Of a stretch of 64,000 nucleotides of DNA, positions 26,021 to 35,670 are shown piece by piece. The notes under the pieces are model-generated. The model had not been told where the DNA came from. It ran no database searches and worked only from the letters and a program-made list of their open reading frames with translations. A program made the translations under genes and the position numbers. Numbering within the stretch: the stretch's first letter is position 1; the number at the start of each line of letters is the position of its first letter. Origin of the DNA: an uncultured delta proteobacterium (GTDB taxonomy: Bacteria > Myxococcota_A > Polyangia > Fen-1088); contig CAVYGB010000009.1 of the NCBI GenBank assembly GCA_963767925.1, positions 32,001 through 96,000 of the forward strand, in the 5' to 3' direction.

Positions 26021-27370
26021 TCATGAGGCGGCGCGACCCGCCTGCTCTGGCCGGGCCCGGGCGGCCAGCAGGCGGTTGAAGGGGCTCTCCGGCTTCTGCG
26101 CCGTCCGCTCGGCGGCCAGCGCCTGGGCCAGCGCCGTGCGCCCGGAGCGCAGGGCTGCCTCGAGCAGGGTCAGGGACAGGACGTCGCGCTGGGCGTGGCT
26201 GCCCCCGAAGCGGTGGGCCTGCGGGCGGATGGCCAGCAGATCTTCGATGGCGGCGGCGTGGTCCCCGCGCGAGAAGGCGCGCAGGGCGCGGGCGAAGGGC
26301 AGGCCGACCTCGCGGGCCATCATGCCGTTGCCGCCCGGGTGGCCGTCCCGGGCCTGGCTGGCGAGCGTGGCCACCGTGCGGTCGGCCAGATCCCCGCGCC
26401 CGGCGCCCAGGAAGGCCATCACCGCGTGAACGTCGTTGAAGGCGTAAAAGCCGTTCTCCACCGAGGGGGTCCAGGCCTGGGCCAGCTCCTGCCAGCGGTT
26501 GCCCACGTCCACGCCCCGCAGGCTCAGCCGCCAGAGCAGCGCCGAGGCGTCGATGTTCTCGTAGGTCACCTGGGTCGGCTGCGGGCGCACGAGCTGGTCG
26601 TAGACCGCCAGCGCCCGCTGCTCTTCGCCGAGCTCGAGGTGGTAGAGGGCGAGGTGCCACCAGTTGTGGTAGGCGAAGCCGTTGCCGGGCGCCCAGTCCC
26701 CGCTGCTGCTGTTGAGCCAGGTGATCCCCTCGGCCGTCCGCCCCTGCATCTCCATCACGTGGGTCACGGCGTGCACGCTCCAGGGATCGCGCGGCTCGAG
26801 CTCGAGCGCGCGCCGGCCCGTCTCCTCGGCCGTCTCGTACCGGTTTGTCTCCTCGAGGCCGAAGGCGTACATGCCGAGCAGGTAGCTGTACCCGGGCAGG
26901 TCCTGGCTCCAGCGCGGCAGCACCTGGGCCACCCGGTCGCGCAGCATCTGGGACTGCCCCAGCAGGAAGTCGCCGACGTGGGCGGCCTGCAGGGCGACCA
27001 GATCGCGCGGGTGCGTGAGCAGCACTTCGCCGTACAGACGCACCGAGCGGTGCAGGTCGCCCTCCAGCCAGGCGCGCGCGGCGGCGGCGTGCCCGCGCTC
27101 GCGGTCGTTGGCGCTGGCCCCGCAGCGCTCGATGGCAGCGAGGCTGTCGGCCAGCAAAGGCAGGGCGTCCTTCTCTGTCGACAGGAGCGCCAGGGCCGCC
27201 TTCAGGCAGTGGCCCATGACGAAGTCGGGATCTTCGACGAGGGCCTGCTCGATGCGGGCCAGCGGGTCGACGAAGTAGCTCACCGCCAGGGTGGTGGCCT
27301 CCTCGAGGGCGGCCAGGGAGGCCGGGTTGGAGGTGGAGACCGGGACGCCGCGGACATCTTTGAGGGACAT
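26021..27370 (-). CDS. Tetratricopeptide repeat protein, TTC38-like
   Basis: HPRDLVAL, GMYAFGLEE, WSVHAVTHVMEMQGR, HNWWHLAL, GGSHAQRD; GGAG RBS. Confidence 0.88.
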   Translation of the reverse strand: MSLKDVRGVPVSTSNPASLAALEEATTLAVSYFVDPLARIEQALVEDPDFVMGHCLKAALALLSTEKDALPLLADSLAAIERCGASANDRERGHAAAARAWLEGDLHRSVRLYGEVLLTHPRDLVALQAAHVGDFLLGQSQMLRDRVAQVLPRWSQDLPGYSYLLGMYAFGLEETNRYETAEETGRRALELEPRDPWSVHAVTHVMEMQGRTAEGITWLNSSSGDWAPGNGFAYHNWWHLALYHLELGEEQRALAVYDQLVRPQPTQVTYENIDASALLWRLSLRGVDVGNRWQELAQAWTPSVENGFYAFNDVHAVMAFLGAGRGDLADRTVATLASQARDGHPGGNGMMAREVGLPFARALRAFSRGDHAAAIEDLLAIRPQAHRFGGSHAQRDVLSLTLLEAALRSGRTALAQALAAERTAQKPESPFNRLLAARARPEQAGRAAS

Positions 27371-27527
27371 GGGATTCTCCTTCGCTCGGCTCTGAACGGG
27401 GGGCCTTGCCGCGGGGCTCGCCAGGGTATCCGCGGGGGCGAGGACGCCGGACGCGCCCTCTATCTTTACTGGCGTGACCGGGGCGGTCACGTCGTGACCG
27501 GTGGGCGGGCTGTGTTAGAGGAGGGGG

Positions 27528-30500
27528 GTGTCCGGGCAGACCTTCGTGGGGAGGGGGCGGGAGATCGAGCAGCTCAGCGAGGGCCTGACCGCCCTGGCGG
27601 GCGGACGCGGCCGCCTGTTCTGTCTGACGGGGGAGCCCGGGATCGGCAAGACGCGGCTGGCCGACGAGCTGGCCGGTCACGCGGCACGCGCCGGCGCCAC
27701 CGTGGCCTGGGGCGCCGCCTGGGACGGAGGCGACGCGCCAGCTTACTGGCCCTGGATCGAGGTGGTGCGGGCCCTGCGCCCGCTGGTGCCCGCCCCCGAC
27801 GAGCGCCTGCGCCGGGACCTGGGCCCGCTCTGGGACGATGGCGGCGCCGCGCCGGACGCCAGCCGCCCCGAGGCCGTGGTCGACCCGGCCGACCCGGCCC
27901 TGCTCGGCTTTCGCCGCTTCGATGCCCTGCGGGCGGTCCTGCACGCCGCCGCCCAGCGCGCCCCGCTGCTGGTGATCCTCGAGGATCTGCACGCCGCCGA
28001 TCGCGCGTCGCTGCTGGCCCTGCAGCTCGTGGCCCGGGCCCTGCGCACCCTGCCGGTGCTGATCGTCGCTACCCACCGGGGTAACGAGGCGGCGCGCGAC
28101 CCGGCCCTCGGCGACCTCCTGGCCCGCATCGCCCGCGAGGGGACCACCTTGCCCCTGGCCCGGCTGGGCCGGCAGGAGGTCGCCACCTTGATGGCCGACC
28201 TGCCGCCGGCGCCCGGGCGCCTTGTCGACGAGGTGTACGAGGCCTGCGGGGGCAACCCCCTCTTCCTCGTCGAGAGCCTGCGCCTGGTGCGCCGGGACGG
28301 GCGCCTGCAGGGCGTGCCGGCGGGGGTGAGCGCCCTCATCGCCGAGCGGGTCGCCCAGTTCGGGGTGGCGACCCGGGAGGCGCTCGAGGCGGCGGCGCTG
28401 CTGGGCCGCGAGCTGACCCTGCCCGTGCTCGCCGACGCCTGTGGCGCCAGCCCCGAGGAGCTGCGCGCGCGCCTGCGCCTGCCCCTGTCAGCCGGCGTCC
28501 TCGAGGAGACCGACGACGGGCGGGTCCGCTTCGCCCACGGCCTGTACCGGGAGCGCCTGCTAACCGAGCTGTCGCCCGGTCGCCGCTCGGCCCTGCACCT
28601 GCGGCTGGCCGAGGCCCTGCTGCGCTGGCGGAGCGCCGGCCACCTCGAGGCGGAAGAGCCGCTGGCCCTGCACCTGCTGGCCGCCTGCCATCCCGGGGAG
28701 GCCGACCGGATCGGGGACCCCGGGTCTCCGGCGGGCGATCCCGCGCTGGCCGTGTCCTGGGCCCTGCGGGCGGCGGCGCGGGCCCGCGCGGCGCTGGCCT
28801 TCGACCGGGCGGTCGCGCTTTACGAGGGGGCGCGGGCGGCGCTCGCCCACCTGCCGGCGGTCGAGCCCACCCGCCAGATCGATCTCGAGCTGGATCTCGC
28901 GGAGGCACTTGTCGAGGTGGGAGCGGGGGCGCGCAGCCGGGCGCTTTGCCTGGCCGCCGCCGATCGGGCGCGCGCGCTGGGTGACGGCGGGCGCCTGGCC
29001 CGGGCGGCGCTGGCCCACGGGGCCGAGCTGCGCATCGGCGTCGTCGACGGCGTCCTGGTCGGGCTGCTGTCCGAGGCGCTGGCCGCGCTGCCCGCCGACG
29101 CCGCCCGGCTGCGCGCGCGCGTCCTGGCCCGGCTGGCCGCCGCCCAGCAGCCGGCGGCGGATCCCCAGGTGCCCGTGCGGCAGGCCCGGGAGGCCATCGC
29201 GCTGGCCCGGGCCAGCGGCGACGCCGAGACCTTGCTGGCCACCCTCTACACCGCCGGGTCGGCCCTCGGCGACTACGCCTCGGCCGAGGAGCGGCTGCCG
29301 CTGTCGCGCGAGCTGGTGGCGCTGGCCCTGCCGCGCGGCGAGCTCACCATCGGGCAGCGGGCCTACGCCCGCCTTGTCGTCGATTGCCTGGAGCTGGCCG
29401 CGGTGGCCGAGGCCGAGGGGGCCATCGCCGCCCACGAGCGGCTGGGGCAGGCCCTGGGCCACCCGCGCTGGCGCTGGCGGAGCGCGCTCTTGCGATCGAT
29501 GCAGGCGCTGCTGGCCGGCCGCTGGCAAGACGCCGACGCCGCCCAGGCCGAGGCCGAGCGGCTGATCGCCGAGACCGACGACGCCAGCGCCGGCCTGACC
29601 CTGCTCATCCACCGGGCGGGGGCCCTGCGGACGCGCGAGGGCGGCCACCCCGGCCTGCTGGCGATCTCCGAGCACCCCGCCCTGGGGCAGATCGAATACA
29701 CCGCCGGCGTGGGGCCGCTGCTGCGCGCCTCGCTGCTCGCGCGCATGGGCGATCGGGCGGGCGCCCGCCGCCTGCTCGACAGCTTGCCCCCCGAGCCCGC
29801 TTTCCTCGCCGCCGATCCGGTCGCCCTGGCCTTCCTGTGCGACGCCGTCGCCCTCATCGGCGACGCCGAGCGGGCGGCCCGCCTGCTCCCCCTGCTGGCC
29901 CCCTTCGAGGGGCGCAACCTCAGCTCGGGCCTGTTCGGCATGGTCTGGGAGGGCCCGGTGGCGCACCTCGAGGGCGGCCTGCTGCTCGCGCTGGGCCAGT
30001 GGAGCGAGGCGATCGGGCCGCTCGAGGAGGCGCAGGCGGTTGTCGCCGCCATGGGGGCCCGCCCGCTGGCCGCGCGCATCGGCGGCGAGCTGGCCCGGGC
30101 TCTGTTTCAACGCGACCGCCCCGGCGATCGCAGCCGCGCGGGGGAGCTGCTCGATCGCGCGCGCGAGGAGGCCGACACGCTCGGGATGGATCACCTTGCC
30201 ACCCGCCTGGCCGAGGTGGCGGCGCTGGCGGCCGCGCCACCTGCGGAGGTGGCCCCGGTCGGGCCCGGGTCCCCGGGCGCACGCACCGGCGTGGCGGCGG
30301 GCTCCGGCGGCGCCGCGGTCGACCCGGGCGCCGCGGCCTCGACCCCCCCGACCGCCCGTCCGGTTGCGTCCGATGGGCCCGCCACCGTCGAGCTGTCGCG
30401 CGAGGGGGAGGTCTGGAAGGTGGGCTGGGCCGGCCAGGAGACGCGGCTCAAGCACTCGCGCGGCCTCGAGATCCTGGCCCAGCTCGTGAGCAACCCGGGC

Positions 30501-30905
30501 CGCGCGTTCCACGTGTTGACCCTCGGCGCTGCCGACCCGGGCGAGGTGATCGACACCGGCGACGCCGGCGAGCTTCTCGACCAGGACGCCCGCCAGGCCT
30601 ACCGCCGCCGGATCGTCGAGCTGGGCCAGGAGCTGGAGGAGGCGGCCGCCTGGGCCGACGGCGCCCGCCGCGACCGCCTGCGCGCCGAGCGCGAATTCCT
30701 CCAGGACGAGCTGGCCCGCGCCGTCGGCCAGGGCGGCCGCGCCCGCCGGGCCGGCGCCGCTGTCGAGCGCGCGCGCAGCAACGTCCAGAAGCGCCTGCGC
30801 GCCGTCATCCGCAAGCTCGCCGAGACCGCGCCCGCCCTGGCCCACCACCTCGACACCGAAATAAAAACCGGCATCCACGTCACCTACCGCCGCCCCCTGC
30901 CCTGA
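27528..30905 (+). CDS. AAA/STAND-type ATPase regulator with helical repeats and a C-terminal DNA-binding-like domain
   Basis: FVGRGREI, GEPGIGKTRL, LEDLHAAD, GGNPLFL; C-terminal KHSRGLEILAQLVSNPG...ERARSNV. Confidence 0.85.
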   Translation: MSGQTFVGRGREIEQLSEGLTALAGGRGRLFCLTGEPGIGKTRLADELAGHAARAGATVAWGAAWDGGDAPAYWPWIEVVRALRPLVPAPDERLRRDLGPLWDDGGAAPDASRPEAVVDPADPALLGFRRFDALRAVLHAAAQRAPLLVILEDLHAADRASLLALQLVARALRTLPVLIVATHRGNEAARDPALGDLLARIAREGTTLPLARLGRQEVATLMADLPPAPGRLVDEVYEACGGNPLFLVESLRLVRRDGRLQGVPAGVSALIAERVAQFGVATREALEAAALLGRELTLPVLADACGASPEELRARLRLPLSAGVLEETDDGRVRFAHGLYRERLLTELSPGRRSALHLRLAEALLRWRSAGHLEAEEPLALHLLAACHPGEADRIGDPGSPAGDPALAVSWALRAAARARAALAFDRAVALYEGARAALAHLPAVEPTRQIDLELDLAEALVEVGAGARSRALCLAAADRARALGDGGRLARAALAHGAELRIGVVDGVLVGLLSEALAALPADAARLRARVLARLAAAQQPAADPQVPVRQAREAIALARASGDAETLLATLYTAGSALGDYASAEERLPLSRELVALALPRGELTIGQRAYARLVVDCLELAAVAEAEGAIAAHERLGQALGHPRWRWRSALLRSMQALLAGRWQDADAAQAEAERLIAETDDASAGLTLLIHRAGALRTREGGHPGLLAISEHPALGQIEYTAGVGPLLRASLLARMGDRAGARRLLDSLPPEPAFLAADPVALAFLCDAVALIGDAERAARLLPLLAPFEGRNLSSGLFGMVWEGPVAHLEGGLLLALGQWSEAIGPLEEAQAVVAAMGARPLAARIGGELARALFQRDRPGDRSRAGELLDRAREEADTLGMDHLATRLAEVAALAAAPPAEVAPVGPGSPGARTGVAAGSGGAAVDPGAAASTPPTARPVASDGPATVELSREGEVWKVGWAGQETRLKHSRGLEILAQLVSNPGRAFHVLTLGAADPGEVIDTGDAGELLDQDARQAYRRRIVELGQELEEAAAWADGARRDRLRAEREFLQDELARAVGQGGRARRAGAAVERARSNVQKRLRAVIRKLAETAPALAHHLDTEIKTGIHVTYRRPLP

Positions 30906-30982
30906 CGAATACGCCCGCCGCGCGCCAGCGCCATGCCGTTCGGGCACGGGATGCGAGGTAGCTCTCGCCGCCCGCGTCCCGA

Positions 30983-31174
30983 GAATTCACCTCTGAATTC
31001 ACCTCTGAATTCACCTCTGAATTCACCTCTGAATTCACCTCTGAATTCACCTCTGAATTCACCTCTGAATTCACCTCTGAATTCACCTCTGAATTCACCT
31101 CTGAATTCACCTCTGAATTCACCTCTGAATTCACCTCTGAATTCACCTCTGAATTCACCTCTGAATTCACCTCT
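30983..31174. repeat. Perfect tandem array, 16 x 12 bp (GAATTCACCTCT)
   Basis: Units start every 12 bp from 30983 to 31163 with no mismatches; intergenic. Confidence 0.98.
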
Positions 31175-31295
31175 CCCCGCGGTCTGCCGTGGGGAGAGGT
31201 CGGCGCGTCTGCGCGCCGGGTGAGGGGCCTCCGGCGTGGCAACCGCCCCTCACCCTGCCCTCTCCCCACGGCCGCAGACGGCCGCGGGGAGAGGG
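31168..31295 (+). repeat. Composite REP-like element: unit A (31168-31227) plus inverted unit B (31246-31295)
   Basis: CACCTCTCCCCGCGG-TCTG-CCGTGGGGAGAGGT...GGGTGAGGGG, then CCCCTCACCCTGCCCTCTCCCC...GGGGAGAGGG. Confidence 0.85.
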
Positions 31296-31345
31296 TTGAC
31301 AGAGAGCTGACCGAACGGCGGGGAGCCAGCCGCCGTTCAGCACAG

Positions 31346-31391
31346 TCAGCTGTTCGATCGCTGTTCGATCAGCTGTTTCCGATCAGCTGTT
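31346..31391. repeat. Four imperfect 11-13-bp repeats duplicating the stop-codon region of the 31383-31865 gene
   Basis: TCAGCTGTTCGA TCGCTGTTCGA TCAGCTGTTTCCGA TCAGCTGTT. Confidence 0.75.
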
Positions 31392-31865
31392 GCCGGTCTT
31401 GGCCTGGCGGATGGCGGCTTGCCAGAGTTCTTCCTCCTCGCGGGCCTCCTGCACCTCGCTGGCCCGGACGGCGAGGCGCTCGAGGCGCGCGCGGATCGAG
31501 CGACCGTCGGCGATCGCGGTGGGGGCGACGGCCGGGGTGGGGCGGCGGGTGGCGCGGTCGATCCGCTCCTCCCAGGCACGCAGGTCGAAGGACGGTCGCG
31601 CCCGGTCCGCCGGGGGAAAGGGCGGGGGCAAGGAAGGGGGCAGGGGGGGCGGCGTGCCCGGCGTGCGCGGGGTCAGCGCCGCCACGAACCGATCGACCTT
31701 CGCCCGCTGGATGGCGGCGGTCCACTCGGCCTCGTCGCTGGTCGCCGCCGCGGGCGGCTTGATCGCGCTTGCGGTCACGGTCGCAATCCTGGCCGCCTCC
31801 CACTCGGCCTGGTCGTTCTGCTCGATGCGTTCGTGTCGTCGCTTCTTGTTAGTTTCGGTCTTCAT
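31383..31865 (-). CDS. Hypothetical protein with repeated E-W-x-A-A-(I) motifs
   Basis: GAGG before the ATG; AEWEAAR, AEWTAAIQRAK, ELWQAAIRQAK. Confidence 0.6.
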   Translation of the reverse strand: MKTETNKKRRHERIEQNDQAEWEAARIATVTASAIKPPAAATSDEAEWTAAIQRAKVDRFVAALTPRTPGTPPPLPPSLPPPFPPADRARPSFDLRAWEERIDRATRRPTPAVAPTAIADGRSIRARLERLAVRASEVQEAREEEELWQAAIRQAKTGNS

Positions 31866-31919
31866 TTGCTTTTACCTCTCATCACCCTCAATCGATCGAA
31901 TTGGTCCGGCAGCCGAAGG

Positions 31920-32369
31920 TCACCGCCACCTGGTTGCCGCGTCGAGGGCGGCCAGCTCCTCGCCCACCCCGATCACGAAGACCGGGATGCCTCGCCGGCG
32001 GCGCTGGCCGCCAGGGTGGAGATCGCCGCGATTGTGTTCTTCTCCCCGCAGAAGGTGGGCTCGCCGTCGGTCGACAGGGCGATGGCCACCCGGCGGTTCT
32101 TGCCCCCCACCCAGGTGCGCGCGTAGTCGATGGCCCCCTGCAGCGCCGCCCCGCTCGGCGTGGTGCCGCGGGGCTGGATCGACTCGAGCGTCGTGCCGAT
32201 CTGCCCGGCGGCGCCCGGGAGCTCCGCGATCGGCACGGCCGGCACGCCGTACCGGGTCGGTGTTGCGGACCGGCGGGGGCGCGCAGGCGAGGACCGTCCC
32301 CGCGCCCAGCGCGGCGAGCGCCAGGACGACTCCTGTCGCGCGACCCCCCTCGTGCTCCCGTCCGCCCAT
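31920..32369 (-). pseudogene. vWA-domain lipoprotein remnant (internal deletion and frameshifts)
   Basis: Lipobox-like GTVLAC in one frame; TTPSGAALQGAIDYAR...LSTDGEP in a second; GIPVFVIGVG back in the first. Confidence 0.65.
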
Positions 32370-32715
32370 CGAAAGAACCAGCCCCCACTCTGAGATTGGG
32401 TCGATGTCGGCGGTTTTCTCACCAGATCGTCCAGCGCGCCGCCCGCGGCTGGGACCGCCAGAGGCTTGACGGTGGCCCGCCCTCGGACGCGGCGGGTGGC
32501 TTCCGGCGCGCGCCGCGTTCGGGGCCGCAGACCCGGTGCAGCGCCGTTCGCGAGACCCTTTTCAGGGGCGACGGCGAAACGTTTTCAGAGAAAAGCTCCG
32601 CACAGGCTTTCGCGAAACCCTGGTTATGTAAGGAGTTTTACGTGCGCTCGGCTGAGGGGTTTCTGATAGTCTGCGGACCTCGCCTAAGTCCGGGTGCGTC
32701 CCGGGGAGGATTTCC

Positions 32716-35460
32716 ATGAAACGAACGCGCAGTTTCGCGACGGTTGCCTTTGCCGCGGCCGTGGTTCTGGGACTCTCGACCGAAGCGCTCGCCCAGGGCG
32801 GCGACTCCGGCCAGATCGTGGGTTACGTGTTCGATCAGACCGGATCACCCATCCGCGGCGTCAAGGTCACCGCCTTCTCCGAGACCCAGATCGGCGGCAG
32901 GAAGACGGCCTACACCAACGACGAGGGCTGGTTCCGCTTCCCGCAGCTCATCCCGGGCAAGTTCCAGGTGAAGGCCGAGGCGCCCAAGCTGCAGACCGTG
33001 GTGCAGGAGAACATCTCCGTCGGCATCAACTCGCCGGCCGAGATCAACCTCGTCATGGAGGTCCTCGCCTCCAAGGTGGAGGAGGTCAAGGTCGTCGAGA
33101 AGGCGCCGGTCGTCAGCACGACCACCGCCAACGTCAAGGAGACCTTCGACGTCGACATGGTCGATTCGATGCCCCACGACAACCGGGACGTCATCTTCCA
33201 GCAGGTCACCAACTACACCGCCGGCACCATCCGCGGCGGCCGCATCCGCGGCGGCGGCGGCAGCCAGACCCTCTACATGATGGACGGGTTCAACATGCTC
33301 CGGCAGTTCCCCACCGTGAAGGCCTCCGCGGCCTACGAGATCCAGACCGCGGCCTACGGGGCAGAGAACGCCACCGCCCCCGGCGGCGTGGTCAACCTGG
33401 TCAGCCGGTCGGGCTCGAACAAGTTCGAGTTCGAGCTGGGCGGCACCGTGGACCACAGCGTCATGAACATGTTCACCGACGACGGCGACCCCAAGGAGAC
33501 GAGCCACTTCTACGTCCTCAATCCCACCGTCTCGGGGCCCATCATCAAGGACAAGCTCTGGTATTCGGCCAACGTCGAGTTCCTGCACCGCCAGACCGGC
33601 CGCGCCGGCGACGTCGAGGGCATCTTGCCCGACCCGCTGCCCGAGCTGCGCTACTGGTACAAGGGGACCATCACCCTGGCCTGGCAGGTCACCAGCCGGA
33701 GCAAGCTCCGCAGCGTGACCAACTTCGACGAGTACTGGCGGGTCAACACCGAGGGGCTGGGCACCGATCCTGACGCCCAGGGCCGCACCTTCCAGCACAA
33801 ATATTTCACCGGGCTCATCTGGGAGACCCTGCTGACCGACTGGATGGTGTTCCGCAGCCAGGCCGGCCTGATCGGCATCACCAACGACGTCCGGCCGATC
33901 TCCTGCTTCGACAGCCCCACCACCTGCGATCACACGCCGACGATCTTGCAGCGGTTCCCCCGCAACTACCGGCTGGGCAACCGGGCCGGCCGCACCGCGG
34001 ACAACGCCTACTCGCTGCAGTTCATCAACCGGCTCGAGTTCTTCCTCAACAGCAAGGTGCTCGGCGAGCACCACGTCCAGCTCAAGGACAACCTCATCAC
34101 CCAGCAGGACACCTTCCGCCGCTCGGTGCCGGGTGACACCCAGTTCGAGCTCAACGGCACCGTGCCCGAGGCCCGCATCGAGTACTTCTCCAACGACCCC
34201 CGGGTCGAGGAGGCGCGCCGGGGCTGGTTCATCACCGCCAGCAGCTCGATCCGCAACACGCTGTCCTTGTCGGACACCTGGCGGCCCACCCGCCACCTGA
34301 CCTTGACCCCCGGCCTGGCCTTCACCACGGCCTCCGCCGAGAACAGCCAGGGCGCCAACGTGATGAACGCCAACGCCCTGTCGCCGAGCCTGGCGGTGGC
34401 CTGGGACGCCACCCACGACGGCCGCACCGCCCTGCGGGCGAGCGTGAACCAGTACGTCGACGCCGACGTCAACACCATCGCCAACCACAACCTGGGCACC
34501 CAGGTGCAGCAGCGCTGCGGCTGGAACGCCACCACCCAGCTCTACGAGAACAACTGTGAATATTCGGGCGGCGCCAGCAGCGCCACCGTGGGCCTGCCCT
34601 GCGGGCCGACCGGCATCGATCCCACCGGCCGACCCTGCCGCCAGAAGCTGGTGTTGCCCACCACCTGGGAGTACACCGCCGGCGTCGAGCGGGAGGTCGT
34701 CGAGGGCGTGTCGATGGGCCTCGACGCCATCTACCGCACCTACGACAACCAGTTCGAGAAGCTGGAGACCAACCGGGTCTGGAACACGAGCGGCACCCGT
34801 CTCGAGCCGTCGGGCTCCTACCGCAACGGCCGCAACACCCAGATCTCCGACCTGGAGACGCCGGACAACGCCTACCGGCGTTACCTCGGCGCCACCCTGT
34901 CGGTGGCCAAGCGCGAGGGCAACTTCAAGCTGCGTGGCTCTTACACCTGGAGCAAGCTGAACGGCACGGTCCTCGAGGGGAACACCAACCGCCTCGGCGA
35001 CATCGGGCCGCAGGACCTGTTCCTGGAGGGCTCTCTGCCCGACGACCACCGGCACGAGATCAAGCTCAACGGCACCTACCGCGTCACCCGCTGGCTCTCG
35101 ACGGGTCTGCGCTACTCGTATTACTCGGGCCTGCCCTACAACCGCTTTTACCGGAACGACATCACGGGCGGGTACGACAACCTGCGGGCCCCGGTCGGCA
35201 TCACGCCCGGCACCAACATCAACGACCCCTACGACGACCGGGAGCTGCGCCTGCCCGACCAGTCGACGTTGAACCTGCAGCTCGCCTTCAACTTCTTGCC
35301 CCTCATCAACAAGAACATCGAGGCCTACGTCGACATCCTCAACGTCCTGGCCCAGCGGACCACCACCACCGTCGCCGAGAACGACGGCCAGGACTTCGGA
35401 ATCCAGCGCGGCCGCCAGGACCCCTTCCGCTTCCGCCTCGGGTTTCGCTACAAATACTAG
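32716..35460 (+). CDS. TonB-dependent receptor, Oar-like, with an N-terminal carboxypeptidase-regulatory-like domain
   Basis: Signal peptide ALA-Q; GQIVGYVFDQTGSPIRG; GGVVNLVSRSGSN; aromatic C-terminus FRLGFRYKY; GGAGG RBS. Confidence 0.9.
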   Translation: MKRTRSFATVAFAAAVVLGLSTEALAQGGDSGQIVGYVFDQTGSPIRGVKVTAFSETQIGGRKTAYTNDEGWFRFPQLIPGKFQVKAEAPKLQTVVQENISVGINSPAEINLVMEVLASKVEEVKVVEKAPVVSTTTANVKETFDVDMVDSMPHDNRDVIFQQVTNYTAGTIRGGRIRGGGGSQTLYMMDGFNMLRQFPTVKASAAYEIQTAAYGAENATAPGGVVNLVSRSGSNKFEFELGGTVDHSVMNMFTDDGDPKETSHFYVLNPTVSGPIIKDKLWYSANVEFLHRQTGRAGDVEGILPDPLPELRYWYKGTITLAWQVTSRSKLRSVTNFDEYWRVNTEGLGTDPDAQGRTFQHKYFTGLIWETLLTDWMVFRSQAGLIGITNDVRPISCFDSPTTCDHTPTILQRFPRNYRLGNRAGRTADNAYSLQFINRLEFFLNSKVLGEHHVQLKDNLITQQDTFRRSVPGDTQFELNGTVPEARIEYFSNDPRVEEARRGWFITASSSIRNTLSLSDTWRPTRHLTLTPGLAFTTASAENSQGANVMNANALSPSLAVAWDATHDGRTALRASVNQYVDADVNTIANHNLGTQVQQRCGWNATTQLYENNCEYSGGASSATVGLPCGPTGIDPTGRPCRQKLVLPTTWEYTAGVEREVVEGVSMGLDAIYRTYDNQFEKLETNRVWNTSGTRLEPSGSYRNGRNTQISDLETPDNAYRRYLGATLSVAKREGNFKLRGSYTWSKLNGTVLEGNTNRLGDIGPQDLFLEGSLPDDHRHEIKLNGTYRVTRWLSTGLRYSYYSGLPYNRFYRNDITGGYDNLRAPVGITPGTNINDPYDDRELRLPDQSTLNLQLAFNFLPLINKNIEAYVDILNVLAQRTTTTVAENDGQDFGIQRGRQDPFRFRLGFRYKY

Positions 35461-35469
35461 GCAGACGGG

Positions 35470-35493
35470 GAAGGGGGCGGTAGCGCTCCCTTC
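35470..35493 (+). terminator. Hairpin after the TonB receptor stop
   Basis: GAAGGGGGCG-GTAG-CGCTCCCTTC; no U-tract. Confidence 0.45.
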
Positions 35494-35525
35494 GCCCCTG
35501 CGCTCGAGTCCTCGCTGACCGATTG

Positions 35526-35653
35526 CCCTCGCCCCGCGCCAGCGGGGAGAGGGAAAGGGTGAGGGGCCGCCGCCTCGGCCCCAGCGGGCCCCCCTCACCC
35601 GCGGGGAGGCGTCGACGTCGACCTCTCCTCACGGCAGGCGGCCGGGAGAGGTG
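35526..35653 (-). repeat. Composite REP-like element in the opposite orientation to 31168-31295
   Basis: Unit B forward at 35526-35566 and unit A reversed at 35591-35653, between convergent genes. Confidence 0.75.
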
Positions 35654-35670
35654 ATGACCGAGGGGGGGGG

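Noticed and set aside
30983..31174. CRISPR array or repeat protein (EVNS/NSPL ORFs)
   Set aside because: No spacers, the 12-bp unit is too short and there are no cas genes. The ORFs stay open only because the unit lacks stops in those frames.
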